DNA of 64,000 nucleotides from Macrostomum lignano. Taxonomy: Eukaryota. The DNA is taken from NCBI GenBank assembly GCA_002269645.1, contig NIVC01003406.1, positions 12,747 through 76,746 on the forward strand. The letters are read 5' to 3'. Shown here piece after piece: positions 57,899 through 64,000 of this stretch. Position 1 is the stretch's first letter; each line of letters opens with the position of its first letter. The notes under the pieces were generated by a model. The model ran no database searches, had not been told where the DNA came from, and worked only from the letters and a program-made list of their open reading frames with translations. The position numbers and the translations under genes are program-made.

Positions 57899-59960
57899 TT
57901 GGGCCTGCGGCACGTTCTCGAGTGGCTGAATAACATTATTTGGGTCACATAATGGTTTAATTCGTCACTTTTCCAATGCAGTAAAGTACATCTAATGTCC
58001 CTCTATACTGTAAATCCATCTGGATATAACTTCAAAAGTACAAGTATGAAGCAACCGGCATCAGGCGTAATAAAACAGAAGTTTACCAGGCGTGTGTTTT
58101 AAAGTTTTCACACATATTTACAAGTAGTAATTACCGAGTACACAAATAGTGATAGCCAGTACAATGTATGTAATGTACGTACACTAATCGATTCAAGGAT
58201 AAATCGATACATTTTTGTCAGACGCGCCAAAGGGCGTCGATACATGTGTTGCCAATGGGCGTGCCAATACGACTATTGGAATATTGTCGGAGCTGGATTT
58301 GAGTTCCTTATTTTAGAAATTCCACAATTGCCAAATTGTACCAGTGGGTTCATTTCTATCTCAACGGTGACACCAAGTTGTTACCAGTAGGTTCATTTTT
58401 ATATCAATGATGACACCAAATTGTAGGTCTAGCTGCTTGCTATTATCCGATCCCTACTTCAATATAAAGCTGGAGCACATTTATATGAATATGCATGCAA
58501 TATGTTCCATGAGTACACACAATATATAAACTTTACTATACATTGCCCATTTACTACATGCATGAAAAGCTGATACTATTGATAGTTTGAGGGTGGCTCG
58601 TAGTTGCGGTTTTGTTTTAAGCAGTTGTTCTTGGCGTCAAGTTTTAGAGCACAAAAAATACATGTAGTGCATTATAATATTTTTACTTTGTTGAAATTCG
58701 ACAAGTGAGCAAAATTGTCATAACTGAGTTTGAACATTTCTGAACGATATTGAGAATCACTTTGGCTATTCTGAAAAGCGATTGTCACTTTCTCATGTAC
58801 CATAGTCAGGCAGCGTAAGTCAATGAGCCTCAAAACTAGCCGATTTCTTGTTTGTAGGATCGTGATTAGTTGTACTGTGTAATATTTACATTATAAAACT
58901 ACATAGCTCTTGTTAGAGAATACGAATGTAGGTAATTTATTTTTATAGCAAACTTTTAATTAGTTAAACGATAAAAATCGTTATAGAAAATTTCTTACTG
59001 CAAATTAATGATAAAGACTGTTTTATTGTTTTGTTTTAAAAACACAGAAGTTTAAATGAGTATTTTCTCCGAATTTACTTTAATTAACGCTATAGTGATA
59101 TTTTCCTTTTAACGCAATTTAAAAATATACATAATCATAAGCATACGTCTATTCGTAATATTATCTGATTACTTCAGGTCCAAAAATAAGGCTTATTAGT
59201 TTAGGCCTAGTTAGCACTGCAGTGCAGTGTTCCATGTCTGCAAATAATACTTCATCCTGAAAACACGAATCAGTCCGCTTAATTCAGATAACAAATGTGG
59301 CGAGAGTATGAAGTCCAATTTGTTTTCATTATGTCTTGTCTCTCACTGCACTATATTTCTAACTGTGCTTTTGCATTAGTCAAGGATAAAACTTCAATCG
59401 TAGTCAACTCTGCAAGCATTGATAGTGACAAATCTGCAGGTAAGTTTCATGCACCAAAATATGATAGATGTAATTTTTTGACTGAACAAGTGATGGGTGC
59501 CGACTGCCGACCATTGGTATTGATTGTCATAGTCAAGAAGGTGTCAGGTGTATACCAGAGTGATTTTTGGGGATGGCTGATGATATATGCCAAAAATATA
59601 GTCCCAACCTAAAAGCATACAATAAGGCATTAAAAATGTTTGTGCATATAGATTTTTTGCTATAAATAGTAGGCCCAATTGACAAGAAAGAAAAATAATA
59701 ACCAAATTATCAGTCAAAAAGGTCATTTTTATTGTTAAAATATTGGCCTAGATTTGAGAATATAGGCATGCACTCAAATTTTTTGGTATGCATTTGTAAC
59801 TATTCAATTTTATTTGGGTGTGCACTTAGCATGATCTGATCTACACTATGGAATTCAAAAACTTCCATTTATTACTGAACATTTTTTAAAAATTCAAACC
59901 TAAAGAATAACCACTTGCTTTTTTCATTTTTGTCAAAAATCTATATACTCATGCTTGGGT

Positions 59961-60113
59961 GCAACCTTGGGATTCACTCGGCTGTTTCTATTGGCAACAC
60001 ACACATGTAAGTCGCTATTGACGGAATAGTAGTCACGTGACTGCTCTCAGCCAATAGCGACTTACATGTGTATGTTGCCAATAGAAACAGCCAGGTGATT
60101 CCCAAAGTTGTGC
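59961..60113. mobile_element. ~150-bp imperfect hairpin (MITE-like) centred on AGTCACGTGACT
   Basis: ~55-bp arms TTGGGATTCAC...GTCGCTATTG / CAATAGCGAC...GTGATTCCCAA. A partial third copy lies near 60258-60296. Confidence 0.7.
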
Positions 60114-60359
60114 ATATATGTACATACTAACTGCTTTTTAATTTTTGGGCTTACATTTAAGTTTATAGTTTTAAATAATTTTTTTTAATTAATAATTTTT
60201 TATTACACTTAAACATTTTTACTAGTATGTTCAACTTGTATTTGGTTCATATATGGGCAAACTTGGGAATCACTTGATTGTTTCTATTGGCAACATATTT
60301 TACAACATACACTTGGGCTATTACTTCTTAGTGAAATACTTTAAGAAGTAAACACTTTT

Positions 60360-62015
60360 GTGAAACATTTTAAGAAGTAACAGCCTTTGCAGAAATTCAA
60401 TTCAAACAAAGCTCCTTTCTATTGAAACAGAAGAACTTAAATTCAGACTATCTGTAGCCAAAATTGTCCCCAAGTGACAGGCATGTGCCAACTTGAAATT
60501 CAAAAGAAACAAAGTCACATTCTATTTTGACAAAGACTCAATAGATAAACACAACAAATTGATAAACATAAGAGTAAAATGAAAAACAGGAACAAGACAA
60601 TATTAGTTGCGACACCTAGCTATCAATTGCCTGACCACTAAGGCAATGAAGGACATATAAATACATACACTTGTCCACAGAGATGCAGCCAATGGTTCTG
60701 TCTACCATGTTATATAGAATGTCTCACCAATAGGCCGCATCAACTGATTCTTGTGCTGCTTAGCTATCAGAGCAATGAACTTTTGCTAGTCTGCTACAGT
60801 TCTCTCTTCAAAGCAGCCTTCCAATAGAAGATTGAGTTCTCCATAGGAATAAAAATGGACTGTATGGTGGAAGCTGCTTGGCCTAAATGGTGTCCAGAAT
60901 CTTGTCTTTGATGTCATTATGAGAACTTGCATTGTTGATGACTATATAACAATACAAGACTGGGAACTAGCTTGGAAGTTACTGATAGTGATCTGCAAGA
61001 ACTCACCAAACTTCTTTTTAGTCATGTCCTTATCATAAATTTGGTAGTGCACAACACCGATACCTGGATAAATGGGCAAGCAGATAGTAACTCTAAGTCC
61101 CTTCTGAGTAGCCACTTGCCTGTATATGCATTCACCATGTTGAGAGTGCCTTATTGATTGTCTCATCCAGATATTGAAGCCAAATTCATTGTTGAAAATC
61201 TTGTAGTCAGATATAACATCGACAGAACAAAGCCACTTGCAAAACTCTTTCTGCACTTCGATCATATGAGGGAATTGCAAATCTGCAAGAAGATATTGTG
61301 CCAGCTCAGTGTGTACAAGCTCCATTAAGCTTAATGCTGATCATTTTCCATTATATGGCTTTCTAGGATTGCTGTGTATATATAGCATTCATTTCTTTTA
61401 GTGTGATAAGCAGATTTGCTTAGATGAAAACCAAGTATATGGCTGAATTTCTTTATCCCACTTTAGAATTGTTTGGCTCTGCCCTTGGGCTGCTTTCTGC
61501 TCTCCCCGACCTCACAATTGTGTATGCTATTGATCTCTTGACTCCAAGTTGGCACGCCATTTCCACAATGTCATTCCACAATCAGCAGCCTTGATAATAT
61601 GGTCTCTGTCACTGTGCTTATAATAGTGTACTGACAAGGCTGCTATTCCACAATATCTTCATTGAATTCTGCTTCTCCTTTTTCCTTTCTTGCATTCTCC
61701 TTTTTCTAGCAATTCATCGTCTTTCTCAATCTGATCTTCAGCATGCATATTGTTTTTGCTGCACAATGATTGTAGTTGTGCAGTGCAGGAAAAAACAAAA
61801 ATTAGATTAATGTAATAAAAATGTATCTATCTGCAAGAAACTCTGTCAAATAGAATGTTACTTTGTTTCTTTAGAATTTTAAATTTGTGCATGCATGTCA
61901 CTCAGGGACAATTTTGGCCATAGACAGTCTGAATTAAAGTTCTTCTGTTTCAATAGAAAGGGACTTTGTTTGAATTGAGGTTCCGCAAGGGCTGTTACTT
62001 CTTAAATTGTTTACA
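60360..62015 (-). mobile_element. Decayed IS630/Tc1-superfamily (DDE_3-like) transposon with ~170-bp TIRs
   Basis: Long imperfect inverted repeats at ~60360-60540 and ~61840-62015. Internal remnant FGFNIWMRQ...RVTICLPIYPGIGVVHYQIYDKDMTKKKFGEFL, then degenerate DNASSH and LPPYSPFL. Exact termini uncertain. Confidence 0.75.
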
Positions 62016-62548
62016 TCGAAGTTCTGCTTGTTTTTTTTAATAAAACTTTGTTCAAAATAGGAGGTAGAATGGTATACCTTTTTATATATCAAAAGACAAA
62101 TCTTTACACTTAATAGTAATTTAGCAAAAATAGATGTCTATAGATATATATATATTATATTTGTATTATAAATGTAAAATTTATTGTTTTTTATTTAAGT
62201 TTCTAATTTGAGGCTTAGATTCATTTAGAAACAGAAACATACCAATCAATTCGCTTTTCCACATAGGATGCTGTCTATACTCTATATAGACACTTTTTTG
62301 CTAGTTTATTTTGTTTCTACGATGGACAATGTTCAGATAAAGTAGTGATGGTTAAATAAAGTATAAACTATAGAAAGTACAGAATGAAACTTAAATTAAA
62401 GCTGATATACTGTGACAGTACAGACATGCTGTGGCACAAATTATTCAAGCACTGAATTTTAACTGGGAAGAGGCAAATTGGTTTTTGCAACTTTCAGCCT
62501 AGAAAGAACAGTTTGTAATCTCATAAATTTTCTAACCTAATGATTTAG

Positions 62549-62866
62549 TTGAACAACGGCAACAGCTGGCTCAGACCTGGTCGCAGTGATTGGCCAAGAT
62601 CTGGCCTCTCAATCATCATCAATGGGCGCGAGACTGGGATACCCAGCTTAGCTGACCAGGCCTGTCATGCTGTTGCCTACGCGCGCAATGGCCCCCTGTT
62701 TGTTGCCACGGACAGGAAAATATTCCGTCTGGACGCTTCTGTTGGACTGCCGATTGAGGCTGCTGACAGCGATGCCCGGGCGTCTGGCTCTGGCAGGCGT
62801 GTTGGCGGGGGTGGCAGCGGAGATGGCGGCCGGGCGCAGGCCATCATTGCCGATCACATTATTCAG
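62549..62866 (+). CDS. Internal coding exon (phase 0-0, 106 aa) of an unidentified gene, possibly a beta-propeller/NHL-like protein
   Basis: TTTAG acceptor and CAG|GTGAGC donor, GC-rich codons, HAVAYARNGPLFVATDRKIFRLD blade-like motif. Confidence 0.6.
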
Positions 62867-62889
62867 GTGAGCCTTCTTGCTCTCACATC

Positions 62890-64000
62890 AAAGTGTCTGA
62901 CTCTCAAATCAAAGTGTCTGACTCTCAGTGAATAGTGTCTGACTCTAAGTGAATAGTGTCTGACTCTCAGTGAATAGTGCCTGACTCTAAGTGAATAGTG
63001 TCCGACTCAGTGAATAGTGTCTGACTCAGTGAATAGTGTCTGACTCTCAGTGAATAGTGTCTGACTCTCAGTGAATAGTGCCTGACTCTAAATGAAAGTG
63101 TCGACTCTCAGTGAATAGTGTCTGACTCTCAGTGAATAGTGTCTGACTCAGTGAATAGTGTCTGACTCAGTGAATAGTGTCTGACTCTCAGTGAAATAGT
63201 GTCCGACTCTCAGTGAATAGTGTCTGACTCTCAGTGAATAGTGCCTGACTCTCAATCAAAGTGTCTGACTCTCAGTGAATAGTGTCTGACTCAGTGAATA
63301 GTGTCTGACTCAGTGAATAGTGCTGACTCAGTAATAGTGTCTGACTCTCAGATCAAAGTGTCTGACTCTCAGTGAATAGTGTCTGACTCTCAGTGAATAG
63401 TGTCTGACTCTAGTGAATAGTGTCTGACTCTCAGTGAATAGTGTCTGACTCAGTGAATAGTGTCTGACTCAGTGAATAGTGTCTGACTCAGTGAATAGTG
63501 CTGACTCAGTGAATAGTGTCTGACTCTCAGATCAAAGTGTCTGACTCTCAGTGAATAGTGTCTGAATCTCAGTGAATAGTGTCTGACTCAGTGAATAGTG
63601 TCTGACTCTCAGTGAATAGTGTCTGACTCTCAGTGAATAGTGTCTGACTCAGTGAAAGTGCTGACTCAGTGAATAGTGCCTGACTCAGTGAATAGTGTCT
63701 GACTCTCAGTGAATAGTGTCTGACTCAGTGAATAGTGCCTGACTCAGTGAATAGTGTCTGACTCTCAGTGAATAGTGCCTGACTCAGTGAATAGTGTCTG
63801 ACTCTCAGTGAATAGTGCCTGACTCAGTGAATAGTGTCTGACTCTCAGTGAATAGTGCCTGACTCAGTGAATAGTGTCTGACTCTCAGTAATAGAGTCTT
63901 CTGACTCAAATCAAAGTGCTGACTCAGTGAATAGTGCCTGACTCAGTGAATAGTGCTGACTCTCAGTGAATAGTGCCTGACTCAGTGAATAGTGTCTGAC
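62890..64000. repeat. 19-21-bp repeat (TCTGACTCTCAGTGAATAGTG), runs off the window end
   Basis: Direct reading. Confidence 0.97.

Noticed and set aside
479-64000. Tandem arrays as CRISPR-like repeats
   Set aside because: The units abut with no unique spacers, there are no cas genes, and the context is eukaryotic introns

Overview
Eukaryotic (animal) genomic DNA with GC-rich exons, AT-rich intergenic DNA and a different minisatellite in almost every intron. This style suggests a free-living flatworm such as Macrostomum, but that is inference and unverified. Genes reconstructed by eye from splice sites and reading frame: a tetraspanin (-, runs off the left end), an NR1J/HR96-type nuclear receptor (-), a two-exon RING + polytopic membrane protein (-), a single-exon orphan gene (-), flotillin-2 (+), an M28 GCPII/NAALADase-family peptidase (+), and one internal exon of an unknown gene at the right end. 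Mobile DNA: a young 2.84-kb internally deleted BEL/Pao LTR element with an unbroken ORF, nested in a hAT-like shell; a second non-autonomous hAT; a head-to-tail stack of Helitron-like elements; decayed mariner and IS630/Tc1-like transposons; a short retro-insertion with a 13-bp TSD; and several hairpin/foldback elements. The best leads are the shrunken BEL element, the RING-polytopic protein, the stop-free in-frame repeat intron in the tetraspanin, and the one-minisatellite-per-intron architecture. No database searches were possible, so all family calls come from motif recognition.
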